From Marsupella aquatica (lineage: Eukaryota > Plantae > Marchantiophyta), in contig OZ316899.1 of NCBI GenBank assembly GCA_973895155.1, positions 3,617,455-3,681,454 of the forward strand: 64,000 nt of DNA, in the 5' to 3' direction. Each line of letters begins with the position of its first letter. Positions within the stretch are counted from its first letter, which is position 1. The notes beneath the pieces are model-generated. The model was not told where the DNA came from, made no database searches, and saw only the letters and a list, made by a program, of their open reading frames with translations. Of the stretch, positions 9,493 to 21,500 are shown in pieces. Made by a program: the position numbers and the translations under genes.

Positions 9493-11802
9493 GATTGGTT
9501 GGCTCTTGCAAGAATGACCATGGGAAGGAAAGATTGTCAAAATGTTTACTGGTTACTGTTTGCGGACAATGCTCTTTTTGATTTATGGAGTTTGGTATGC
9601 CAGTCGTGGTTGGATGGGAAACTTCCCGATGGAGTTGGGGTAGAAGGAAATGAGAAGTCTGAAAAAGCAATTATTGTTGCCATGTTTTGATGGTGAGTTG
9701 ATCTCACAACGAGACATCACAAGAATACTGACGCGGGTGAAGTTAGGAAAGGTATTGCTAAAGAAAGATGCCTCTAATAAATCAGACATGCCATCTATAG
9801 AGGAGTTGGCAAAAGATGTGAAGATCGTGCAGAAACTGAAGTCCCTTATTGAAGACTACTATTGCACCAAGGATGCGGTGAATTTCCCGACAAATACTAA
9901 TTGGGGGAAAGTAGTTGAGGTTCTTCCTACGCTAGCAATTGATTCAGAGTTCAGCAGGTGTTGAAGAGCCGCTGGCAAGGTCTATCTTGCCAACCTTTTA
10001 AAGCCAAATCATACACGGGAGAGCGCAATCTTGCCGACGACATTGGTATTCCGCCTAGATGATATATACTACCAGAAATTTGGCGGAGGATCACGTTCTC
10101 GGACCCTACCATGGGTTACATTTTTTAGCAACAATCTCATGAAGACCATTGATCCAAAGTCATTGCAAGAAGCTCCTCCGACCTGCCCTCTTGCCAGTGT
10201 TGATTTTAGCCGGCTTCTGCAAAAATAGTGGACTGAAGAAGAGATTCTTGTTCTCTTTGAATACATTGTGGAGCTTCCACAAAATCCCACGATTGTTGTG
10301 ACGATAACAATTCATCCTGGACAACTTGCACTGAATGTCCATGGTGCCCTTTGTAAATTGGGACAAGAGAAAGCTTTGACCATTCACATTGAGTATGGGA
10401 GTTATTCCCGAGATGATCAACCGCACCCTCATGACTCATGTTGGGGTGGGGGGATTGAAGAAGTTATCTTTGCGGGGATTTCTTGAGATGAAGACGTCAA
10501 TTGGAATGAAGTTTTCAAGCCCAACTATCCAAAGCCAAAATTCTTGTATACTTCAAAGGATGTTGATTACAAAGTATGCAAGATTGACAAGGGAAAGGGG
10601 AAGGCTAAGGAATCAGATGAGGGGACACAAAACGATGACCTAAAAGTGGTTTTGGACCCGGAAGAGACCATCAAGATTATGAATATGGCCCCTCGATTTG
10701 AGACAATTGGCAGTCGCGGAGGGTGGGTTAATCCTCATGCCAAACCCACGCGGATGATCCAAAGGATTATTGAATCCTTGTCAGAACCGGGAGATTTGGT
10801 TCTAGATTTTTTTTCCGGTGGCCAAGTCATGAAGACATCTTTTTTTTGCGATAGGGAATGCTTTGTTTATTGTGACTCTCAGTCTGAGAGGCATTTTGTG
10901 GAAGCTTTTTCTTCCTACCTTTGCGAGAGAGTTCCCTCACTTAAAGCCCATTGTGAATCACTTGCTGAAAATTCTTGACAATGGGCTACCACTGTTGCGG
11001 CTTTAGCTGTCGCTGTTGAATCCGACGGTTATGAGTTTGAAGATGTTGCTGACAAAGTGGCTGAAGGCGTAGAGGCATCAGACGAGGCATATGTCAAGAA
11101 TTTGGATGACCGTGTTGGTCAAGGTGAGCCTTACGATGTAGATGATGATATTGGACTTGCACCAAACCGTTCATCTAGTTTAGATGACATCCCTCCAGGG
11201 CCCAATGAAGTTCAAGTTGATGATAACTTGGACAAGGATGATCCCAATCCAACAACGTCGGGAGGACAGATAGAGCAAATGGAAGGAGCAAGGGTTGATA
11301 TGTTTGATCATCTTTCTTCAACCAATGTGATCAATGAAGGCGCAACGAGGCTTGGAGATTCAAATGAAGCTGAAACTCAAGAATTGACTTTGGGGGAGAT
11401 TGGCGGATTGCCTGACATTCCCATCAATCCAGGAGAAATGCATCAACGGCTGTTGACAACCAGGCAGGTGCTTCAACTTGTCCTAACACACTCTTTTCAG
11501 CTTCTGATGACAAATTGGTGTTCGTTCGTTCACACACGGGGAGTCCTGTTGTCCTTCCGCTCTCAAAAAAGAAAGGGAATAGAGTTGGATCAATTGGATG
11601 GAGGTCATTGGAACGCGACTCACGATGTTACGTGTGGAAAAGTGGGCCAAATAGAGGCCAAGAAATATCATTGGATGTTGCTCCTTCAATTCTCAATAAG
11701 GAGGAGTATAAGAGGGCAAAATTGGGGTTGTTAACTCCTGTTTGGACTTCACCTTATTGGGTAGAACAAAGTACTTCAGATATCAATTTTGAAATCCAAT
11801 AG
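9493..11802 (+). pseudogene. Cassette 2, 3' part: helical middle domain + beta-class N6A/N4C DNA methyltransferase-like domain + acidic linker
   Basis: After one frameshift near 9680, a single frame runs 9650-11734 with four in-frame stops (9964, 10228, 10486, 10978). It reads NPHAKPTRMIQRIIESLSEPGDLVLDFFSGGQVMKTSFFCDRECFVYC. It is collinear with cassette 1, e.g. YWLLFADNALFDLWSLVCQSWLDG vs NWILFAPKKLYSLWREVCNTWLKG. Confidence 0.7.
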
Positions 11803-12943
11803 GAGCTTGGTGCTGACATGATTATTGATGAATATGGATCTCTTATTTCAGAATGAAATTCAGCTTTTGACTTTCTATTTATTCATACCAATCTAAAATA
11901 CTTCTCGGTCTCACAGAATGTGCTCACCAATTAAAGTCTCCATATCCGTCTACACATTGTGAGGCTTCTAAAAATGGTATGTAGGTTAATTTTCTTTTTT
12001 GTCAGCCATTGTCTTGTATTTTTGGACTGAGACAATCCTAATCCAAAGTTCACTTTGGTCTTTTCTCTGAGAATGGTGTTTGGTGCACTTGCAGAATCAA
12101 GACCTGGTCCCGTCAACACTACTACACTATCGGCCCCTTTTGCGAACCCATACACATCACAATCAACAAAGGCCCGATAAACAGAATTCCGGCACTTGCG
12201 AACTAACACGCATCGCTACACCATCCCAAATTGCGAAGTTAAAACCTTCGCACGCGGACCATCGCAACGCCATCGCAACACCATGGCAACTTCCCAACCG
12301 AATTCCCTCGCAACTTGCCGAACACTTGCGAGTTCAAAATTGTTGCAGACGCTTTGCATTATGCCGCACGGTCCTTTGTTACCGACGTTGATTTTTGTGA
12401 AGCTGGAAGGTTCGCTACATGTTTGTGATGGGAATGCGTTCGGTATTTGCGATGTCATGGTGTTGGCAACTAGCAAGCCTTATAAGATCACTCTTATGCA
12501 AAATAAATTTGATGGGGACTTTTGAAACAAATTGGATCGGAACTTGTGATATAGTTTAGGCCAGAAGTTGTGAAGCGTTTGCATTCGCAACTTGTGATGT
12601 TACTTGGTTCTATAATAGCGATCCGAGTCATTTCAGTCTTTCCTAGTTATCCAAGTTCGCAATGGGTTTGCACTTTCATGGGAACATGACTTTCAATCAA
12701 TGTTTTGCGAGGGATTTCTCTTGGCAGTGGACCCAATGTGGAAGGCAAATGTTTTTTATAAGATGGCAAGTATATAGGTGGATATACCAAAATGTTAGGG
12801 CTTGAAGGAACCCAATACACAAGAGGGGTGGCATATCTGATGCCAAGTCACCCTACTCAACATATGCTATCCTAGCTAAGCTCCAGCACGGCTAGTCAGT
12901 GACATATATCTCATGAGCCCGGTCATGAGATTCTACAAGCTAA

Positions 12944-15002
12944 CTAAAATGGACTCTTCCGACCCCGCTTTGTCGGCTTCTTTGCCGGCTTCTTGCCCTT
13001 ATCCTTCCGTGGATGTACAGCCTGGTGCTGACGGGTGTGCGGTGCCTTTCAGCACTGCTGCTCCTACTGCTCCTCCTGCTCCTCCTGCTCCTGCCCATCC
13101 TCCTCCTCATCACCTCCCTCCTGCTCCCCCTCATCATCAACCTGTCTCGATGATGCACGACTACTACCACTACCGCGATGGGATGAACCTACCTCCCAGC
13201 TACTGCCCCCCTCCCTAGAACCACTGGTAAGAGGAGTAGCCCCCTCATCCTCATCATCACTACTACTTGCGTCAGCACCCGACCCCTCAGGCTCATCCAA
13301 ATCATGCATCCGTACACTTAATCAGTTTCTACAAATTAAAAAGGGTCATCCACAATGTTGGCATCACAATTAATTAAACCTTGAACACCTAGATACTTAC
13401 AGTAGCCAACTCGGCATCCACCATCTGAAAGAGGTACTTTCTCCCATGCTCCATCCCTATCTCAATATGTTTCTTGGATATCTTCCTCTTATATTTCCGG
13501 TACTACCATCCACCATAAAACCAAAAATTAAACCCATAGGCTAAACCAAAATTCACAATGCGAGAGGCCTTAGGCCTACAAAAGTTAAACTACTTTGAAA
13601 ACAACTCAAATTCACATTTGCAAAGCTGATGCGTTCACAAAATGCAAAGCCCTAATTTTTGCAAAGGCATTGCGATGGCTTTTGCGATGCAAGTACCTTC
13701 GCAACAGCATCAGAAAATCCAAAAAGAAAAAAGTGCATAATAGATTTTGCGAGGCTCTTGCAAACGGATACGCATTGCAATGGGATCGCAAACTATGATC
13801 CCAAGAGGTTTTTAAAAATGCACAAATTTCCAAGTGTCAATCGTGACCTAAAACAGTGCACAAGCAAGCACATGAGAGCATGGACATTCATGACATTCTG
13901 TTCACTTGCATTACCTCAACTGAGAAAGTAAGGAGGAAAGAGCTTAGGGAGGAGAGGAGACACTCACAAAGTGGGCCTTGAGACCGCGGAGCCCGCCTTG
14001 ACCCAGCTTGTGGACTGGATTGGGGGTGGCTTTCACTCGCTTGGCTGCATCCATGAAATGTTTGGGTGGTCTTCCTTCTTCGTCGACCACCTTTTGCACA
14101 TCAGCTACCTTCTGCTTGAGTCCCTTCAGGTCATGGTCAAGGGGGAGCTTCCCGGTCTCCTTTGCTTTCAGGGATCGAGCTAGTGTATCCTTCCACTGTT
14201 CCAACTCGTGAGTTGCTTTGATTTGCACCTCAATCTTGTAAAATGCATTCCAGATGTCCTCAGTGAATTGGAGGGGCCTGCGCAAACTCCTGTACAATCT
14301 CAAGTCTCTCAGGTGGGCTCTAATCTTCATCCTATCATGGTATCTCATTTGAGACATGGAATTAGAAATCTTGTCTGCCAGCCATTGCTCATCTATGTCA
14401 GCTCCATTACGAAATGCATCCTTGATCTGATTCATCACTCTCTTTCCCTCTGCCTTCTCAACCTTTCCCCATTGCATGCCTTGTGAGAAATTGCTTGTGA
14501 TGATCTGTTTGATGGTGCTCTTAGCCCCTGCATAGGCTAGCTCAGTTGGAGTCCCAGTTGTCTCCAAGGCAATGAATGGAAGATTTTTCCTTGCATCCTC
14601 TTTCTGACGTTGCTCATCTCATTGTTTTCGAATTGCATCCCTCTCCTCTCTTCTCTTCTGTTTTTCTATGGCTTGAGGAGAGGCAACTCCCGACTTAGCC
14701 CTCTCCTCCCTCTTCCTTCTTTTCTCTCTAGCCTTCTCCTCAGCTGCGACCCTCTCTTCCTCGTCTCTAGTAGCTTGCCCTGCCACAATTCCTGTTTGTA
14801 AAACCTGGCCTAAAATGGCACTCAAGGAGGCAAGCCTTGCTGGAGTATTCAAATTTACTTCACCCAACTGTGCAGCACTGAGATGTTGGGCTACTAAGTC
14901 GCTCCATGCATTCTGTTGCTTCTCCTGATTTGCCCCATTGCCACTACCACCAGCACCATGTCCTCCACTCCCACCGTGCTCTCCACTCCCACCGGTAGCC
15001 AT
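12944..15002 (-). pseudogene. TnpA-like (Ptta/En/Spm-type) accessory gene of the nested CACTA, spliced, with stops
   Basis: ORFs 14619-15002 and 13944-14567 are one frame across a TGA. It reads ...RRPLQFTEDIWNAF...PVHKLGQGGLRGLKAHF, followed by a GTGAGT donor. Later small exons end in an acidic/basic tail with TAG at 12944. It shares the H-x-G-x-G-G motif with the outer TnpA (KEHFGRGG). Confidence 0.65.
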
Positions 15003-15354
15003 AGCTCAATCCCTCTCAGGTCTCTCTCGATATTCTCCCCGCGGCCCCTTCTCCTCTCGCTCTCCCGATCAAACAAGGAATGAGCTCGACCCGAGCTCCT
15101 GCCGACACATACGTATTTAAAAAAAAGCTCCTTGCGATCACATTCGCATCACAAACTGCCACCCTATTACCTTCGCAAACTGTCTCGCAACTTGCGATAC
15201 TTTTGTGAAGAACATACCCTCGCTAATCCATCGCAACCCGCAGAAACGCCCAAACATTGCTCTCGGCCTCTGTATTTGCAAAGATGTTGCGAACCCGGGA
15301 GGTTCGCAAAATGTATCTCTAATTTGTGAAGCAATTTGCAAGGCAGGTGATCTC

Positions 15355-16125
15355 GGTTTAGGGTGGGAAACTATCCCAGGTGTTTAAACGGCTCTACAAG
15401 GGTATAACCTAAACCCTTTTAACTCAACATGGATTTGTGAATGGCCAATTACTTTGAAGAAGAGGATTTTAGGTTGTAGTTGGGCTTTGTGTTTTTGTTT
15501 TTGAATCTTAATTGGGTTCTAATTTAACAAAGGGTTTGAGTTTTAATTTGGGGTTTGGATTTAGAAAGGGTTTAGTTTAGGGAGGGTTGTGTTTCAATTG
15601 AAGGGGTTAATTTGGGTTTAGGTTTTAATGTAAGGGTTGGGTTTGACTTTTCACTGATTTCATATTTTTTGCTCTATACATATTTCAGTTTAGGGACATG
15701 GTTTTAATAGAGGGCTTTAGGTTAGGGTCTAAGGTAGGGGTTTGGGTAAGGTTGTAATTGAGAAGTTTGGGTTAGGGTTTAGGGTAGGGGCTTGATTTTG
15801 GTTTAAGTTTAGGGGTTTGGGTTAGGTTTTAGCTGAGGGGTTTGGGTTAGGTATTGAATATAGGGGATCGATGGGTTCAATTATAATTCAGGGTTGTGTT
15901 TAATTTTTAATTTAGATATTTGGGTTAGGATTTAGGGTAAAGGCTTCATAGGTAATGAGGGAGTTTGGGTTATGGTTTCAGATGGGGTTAGAGTTAGGTT
16001 TTAGCTGAGGGATTTGGGTTAGGGTTTGAATGTAGCAGTTGGGTTTTTAGCGTAGGGGTTTTGGCTAGGGTTTAGGGTTTAGGGTTTGGGTAAGGGTTTT
16101 ATATGTTCATGTTTAGGGTAGGTTT
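15355..16125 (+). repeat. Degenerate telomere-like (TTTAGGG/TTAGGG-like) G-rich tract
   Basis: Dense GGGTTT/TTAGGG variants, with a perfect run TAGGGTTTAGGGTTTAGGGTTT near 16066-16087. Confidence 0.8.
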
Positions 16126-16563
16126 TTTTTTCTAATTGAGGTTATGCTTTCTTTATTTCATTAACATGAAGGGGTGGAACACTCTAGGAGTTGCAGGGCA
16201 CTTCCCCATTGTTTTGAAAGTTTTGGGTAATGCATATGCATTGCGAGAGCTCGGGCATCTGAAAGGTAAAGCTTGTTTTCCTGGCATTTTGTATTTTTAC
16301 TGTAACTTGAGGGTCTATCACCCCTTTCTATAGTTTACCATAAGTCATTGCTTAATTCATTGTATATTTGCAGATTTTTCCCTCCTACTTCCAGATTGGG
16401 TTCATCAAGTTTGGACCAAAAGACCTATAGGCATTGTTGAGCCCGGGTCTCATAAAGGTATTTTTTCCTTTCATTTTAGTTTAATATGTCTACGTAGGGA
16501 TTACAAATGATCGTTTTAGCTATTTTTTTACTAACTTGCTATTCCAAATCTTCCACTTGCCAG

Positions 16564-17715
16564 ATGTCTTCATCCTCTACAACTTCCACCACATCAGACT
16601 CCTCCTCTGATGAGGACATAGATCCTCCTCCTCAGCCTGAAACAGCCGCTCGTCGACCTAGTGGTCCACCACACCAACTTTGCAATTGTAAAAAATGTGT
16701 GGGGATGGTTGTCCAAAAGTCATATGTATGTGCAGACCATATTTCTTGATATGGACAACATCGAGGTCTTACACCCAGAGCCTCTTCATCCCATACGGTG
16801 AGTTGTAAACTTACTATGGTTTATTTTTTATTCAATAAATATTGCTAGCGTGATAAGTTGGGGAAGTTCACAATCACTTTGTTAGATTTGTTCCTATAGG
16901 TATCTAATAGGCCTACACCCACGGCACCAACACCCTATGTTCCTTCACAAGGAGTTCTAGATGCTATAGGCTTGGCCCTTTCACAAGCTTTTCGTTTAGT
17001 TGCAGCAGAGCGAAGTGGTGTTGGGACAGTTCAGGATGATGGTATTGTTACATGAGGGAAAAAATGGTCTAAAAGGCAACCTAGAGGGGAAGTTGATCAG
17101 TACACCTGTAGGGTTGATGGTAGGTGGGGACCTTGTACATTCACAAGGAAATGTGTTCCTATCATAAAGGATTGGAATCCTGATTGCCTTGGTTTTCCAT
17201 GTGATATAACCTATGGTGAGGAAATAGAGGTTTGGGGAAGACATTGGATTGTCAAAAGTTCTACACTAGGGGCGAGACATGGGTATGGAATTTTTTCTTG
17301 CCAGGACATCATTGTGGATGATATGGGTGGAAAAGGGCGCTCTCAAGATGGACCAACGTTGTTCCCATATGGTGGACCCATTTACAAGCGGAGACATTGG
17401 AACATGCTCCTTGTACAACACCTTGAGTGGAAGACTTGTGCATTGGACATGGATACTTTTGATGGTTGCACTAGGAAGTATAGTGAACAACGTATAATTG
17501 ATGGTGATCCCATCCATAGTGGAAATATAGCCGGTTTCCTTAACAGTACTGTGGGGACCCGGCCTAAGCGTAGGAAAAACTGTGAATGGGTTTTTGTTGA
17601 TGGTCCCCCTCCAACACCATATGGGCAGAGATATCATCATGGCCATTGTCTAGTTGTAGCTACTAGGACCATCAAGGCCGGAGAGGAGTTGTTTACACAT
17701 TATGAGTGGGATTAG
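16564..17715 (+). pseudogene. Transposase-associated Zn-binding exon (16564-16797) spliced to a SET-domain exon (16900-17715); two TGA stops
   Basis: Exon 1 reads CNCKKC...CADHIS*YG (transposase-associated C/H motif). Exon 2 reads VKSSTLGARHGYGIFSCQDI...GNIAGFLNS...NCEW...VVATRTIKAGEELFTHY, i.e. SET motifs GxG, (R)FxNH-like and GEELxxxY. GTGAGT donor at 16798; TAG acceptor ends at 16899; phase 0 and in frame. Confidence 0.8.
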
Positions 17716-17911
17716 GCTTATTTTAGGGATATGTATTATTTATATGTTCCTTCATGCTTTGTGAACATATATTTTGTAAGTTAGGGTTTACACCCTAAAC
17801 CTATGATGTTCTTTCACATTGTATGTTAATAACATGTGTCGATATTGTTTTTGTTTTATGAGGGATTTAATTTGGAGTTTGATTGTGAATGCTTTATTGT
17901 ATTGTCCATAG

Positions 17912-20900
17912 AATGTGCGACCTAGTCAAGATATGTTGCCAAGGAGGTTGAGAGCTACATATGAAGAAATGGGCATGCCACAAGACGGAGTCACATCATC
18001 AACAAATTCTTCATCCAATGACAGTGACAATGAGGGTTTGCATGAAGGGGCACCTAGGACAGATTTTGAGGTCATGTAGGACCAGGAGACAACCATGGAT
18101 GACTTCATGACAGATTGGTTTGGTGTGGATGTTGATGGTGAAGGACGTGGACCACCCAATGAAGGAGCTCCTCCACCAAATGCTGCACGTGACCCCCAAC
18201 CTCAACATACACCAGAAGGTCAATAACAATGGGAAGAAGCAGAGGCACATGCTAGAACACCTATTTATGGGGGTGCTCGTTTGAATAGACTCTCTGCCAT
18301 CTTGGCATTGATGAATCTTCAGGCAAAACACAAGGCAAGCAATGCCCTTCTATCGGATTTGTTTGCAATTTTCCATGACCTCATGTTACCCAGTGACAAT
18401 GTATCGCCAGGAACTTGGAAGGAGGCAAAGAGAGTTCTATCATTCATTAGTATGGAATATCATATCATTCATGCTTGTGTGAATGACTGCATCCTATATC
18501 ATGAGACCAATGCCAACATAACTAAGTGTCCAATTTGTCATGAGCCTCGATATGACAACAACATGTTGACGGAAAAGGTGCCCAGGAAAACTGTCCGTTG
18601 GTTTCCCATTATTCCTCGATTGTTGCATATGTATCGATGTTCTGACTTGGCAGAATTGATGGTATGGCATAAGACACATCGATCAGAGGCTGGTGTCATG
18701 CGGTTGCCAGTTGACTCCCCTGCTCATAAGCATGTGGAGGCACAATGGTCAGAGTTTGCACATGACCCTCGTCATGTGAGGTTGGGGTTGGCATCAGATG
18801 GGGTTAGCCCCCACTCCCTTGGTGGGAAAGGACGCCCAACATCAGTTTGGCCGGTGGTTGTTATGAATTACAATCTTCCACCATGGTTGTCCATGAAAAA
18901 GGGCTTCTTATTGTTATCATTGATTATCCCATGTCCATCTAAGGTAAAAAACATGGACACCTATTTGACACTATTGGTTGGGGAACTCCAAAAATTATGG
19001 GACGATGTGTGGGCCTATGATGCTCGGAAAACTACAAGGGGATTACCACGTGTCTTCAAATTGAAGGGAATTAATATGTGGACCATGCATGACTATCCTG
19101 GTAAGGGGATATAGCAACGTAGACAGGAAACAGGTAAACAAGAATTTTTTTTCCTGTTTTTAATATGTTGTTACCAGGAAAAAATCACTGTTACCAGGAA
19201 AAATGACAATTTAAAAATGTCTCATAAAACATGTTATTTCCAAAAAAAATTAACAATGCAACATTTTTGGCTAGCTTTGGGCGCTACTATTAGCAGCGCC
19301 GGGCGCTCGCAAAAAAACTGGTCGACCAAAAAAAATAAATTCAAAAAATAAATTCAAAAAAATTCCATTTTCCTGTTACCAGTTTCTGTTATTAAATCCT
19401 GTTTCTTGTTTGCTGTCTTTTGTAAACACCTCCAATAAGGGGTATGGATTGGTGTTTTTTTATGTATTAGAGAGTTTGTTTTAAAAGAAGTCCCTCATAT
19501 TTATGAATGTACATGAACTTTTTAAATCCTTTGACTCTAATTGAGAAAGTTGTTTTGGTTTGGCTTTGTTGCAGGGTTTGGATTTGTTTCAGGGTTACAA
19601 ACTCAAGGGTATAAGGCATGCTCCACTTGTGGTCCAAGCCTTGAAGATATGGCCAAGTACTCAAGATGGCTTCGCAAGATAATCTACCTTGGGCATACCA
19701 AGTTTCTTCCACTTGGACATGAGATGAGGTCTGACCCCCTTCTATTTTAAGACTTTGACATGATCAATGGTGATGAGCGTGACATACCTAAGCGTACATC
19801 CTTTGCACATTGGAAATCCATAGTTGATAGGGTGGCAGACCCTAACGACCCCATGACATTTGATGGAAGTGGGTTGACGAGGTGGAGTATACTAGCCACA
19901 TTGCCGTATTGGCCAGAGTTGAAGATTCATCATTTGTTAGACCCCATGCATATAGAGGGAAACGTTGGGAAGGCTTTGATCAAGCATTTTTATGGAGAAA
20001 AGGACCATAATTTTAGGGAGGCATGCCAGGATCTAGAACGACATCCAGATGTATGCATAACAATTGATGCATCAACAGGGATGGAACACCGTCCTTCAGC
20101 TCCTTGGGTTTTGAGTGTTGGTGAAAGAAGAGAGTTTCGACAACGCATAGGTCAGATGCGGTTTCCTACAGGCTATGGTGCCAATCTCCGGAAAGCTTTT
20201 GGGATGGAGGACAGTCATAAGTGGCCAATGTATCTAAAGACACATGACTATCACCGTTTACTACAACATATACTTCCTGTGGCAATCATAGGCTTGGGCA
20301 GTGAAGAAGTGCAAGACGCCCTATGGTCATTGGAAATATATGAAGAAGAGATCCCACGGATGGAGTATTGGCAGCAGAGGTAGTGTGCAAGTTAGAGAAG
20401 GCCCTCTCTCCTTCCTTCTTTGATTGTCAAGTGCATTTACTTATTCATCTTGTGAGGGAGGTTGCCATTGCTGGTCCAGTGCATTGTCGTTGGATGTATT
20501 GGTTGGAAAGGTATATGGCTGTGTTAAAGGCTTATGTACGGAATCGTGCACGAGTGGAGGGGAGCATGGCAATAGGATACTTGGCAGCTGAGAGTATGTT
20601 CTATTGCAGCAACATCTTAGCTACCATTGATCCTAGTTGTCCACGCAGTTGGATGGAAGAGAAAGAAATGGAGGAGGATCGTTTAACAGGAGCCAAAAAA
20701 ACACGCTTATTCGAGTACTGACCGGAGTGGAGTTGACACAGATGACTACTTTCATGTTGAGTAATAGTACTGTGATGGAAGAATGGAGAGAGTTTTATGA
20801 GGATGCAAAGAGGGAGAGTCATCGCCCAAGGATTTTTCCAAAGTTCCTTGAGTATATGAGGGAGAAAGTACTTTAGTTGGATGCTATGGTGGCCCAAGGT

Positions 20901-21500
20901 GAGAGTGTATCACATTTTCCAGATATGACTCTTGAGGTTCAAACAATTGTTCATGGCCCTTTGAGACTTGTTCAGACCAGAACAACAATGTGGACACAAG
21001 GGAGACATTTCAGGATTTCTGACCTTGATGAGAAGAGGGGTAGAACTTTGACTGTGGAGTTCAAGGGCAGTTCATGCAGGATTCACAAAGTAGCCGCCAT
21101 GACACCAATGTCATCCAAGATGTGGTGCCTCACTATGGGAAGATAGAGGAGATCTTGATTGTATCCTATGATGTGGATACAAAATTTGAAGAGTATGTCT
21201 TCAAGTGTAAGTGGTTCAAAATTCACTTGGTTGGTGAGAATCGCACGGTACTTCTTGATGATTGTGGGTTTACTCGACTGAAGACATCAGCAACTAGCTT
21301 TCAACCATCTCATTGGCAAACATCTAAACCGTTTATATTCCCAAGTCACCTTGAGTAGTGTTTCTATATTCCGTACCCACCAGACCCAGAGGAGTGGTCG
21401 GTTGTTATATCGTATGTGCCACAATCTCATTCCATTATCTGAGAAAAACCTGAAGTTATTATTGTGTCAAACGGAGGAGAGGATGAGGACCAAGTTTGAT
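17912..21500 (+). pseudogene. TnpD-like CACTA transposase (Transposase_21, DUF4218, DUF4216 regions), disrupted
   Basis: Reads IHACVNDCILY...CPICHEPRY, RWFPIIPRL, PRHVRLGLASDG, WPVVVMNYNLPPW, MHDYPG|FGFVSGLQTQGYKACSTC (intron 19101-19574), LDPMHIEGNV, LKTHDYH, FFDCQVHLLIHL, RWMYWLER and YGKIEEI...FKCKWF. Confidence 0.95.
19107..19432. mobile_element. MITE-like element, copy 2, in the transposase intron
   Basis: Near-identical to 4387-4738. The flanks TGGTAAGG and CAATAAGG form a decayed 8-bp TSD with 5 of 8 bases matching. Confidence 0.85.

Noticed and set aside
12913-13218. Proline/histidine-rich plus-strand ORF as an extensin-like gene
   Set aside because: It is the antisense of the acidic last exon of the minus-strand TnpA-like gene.
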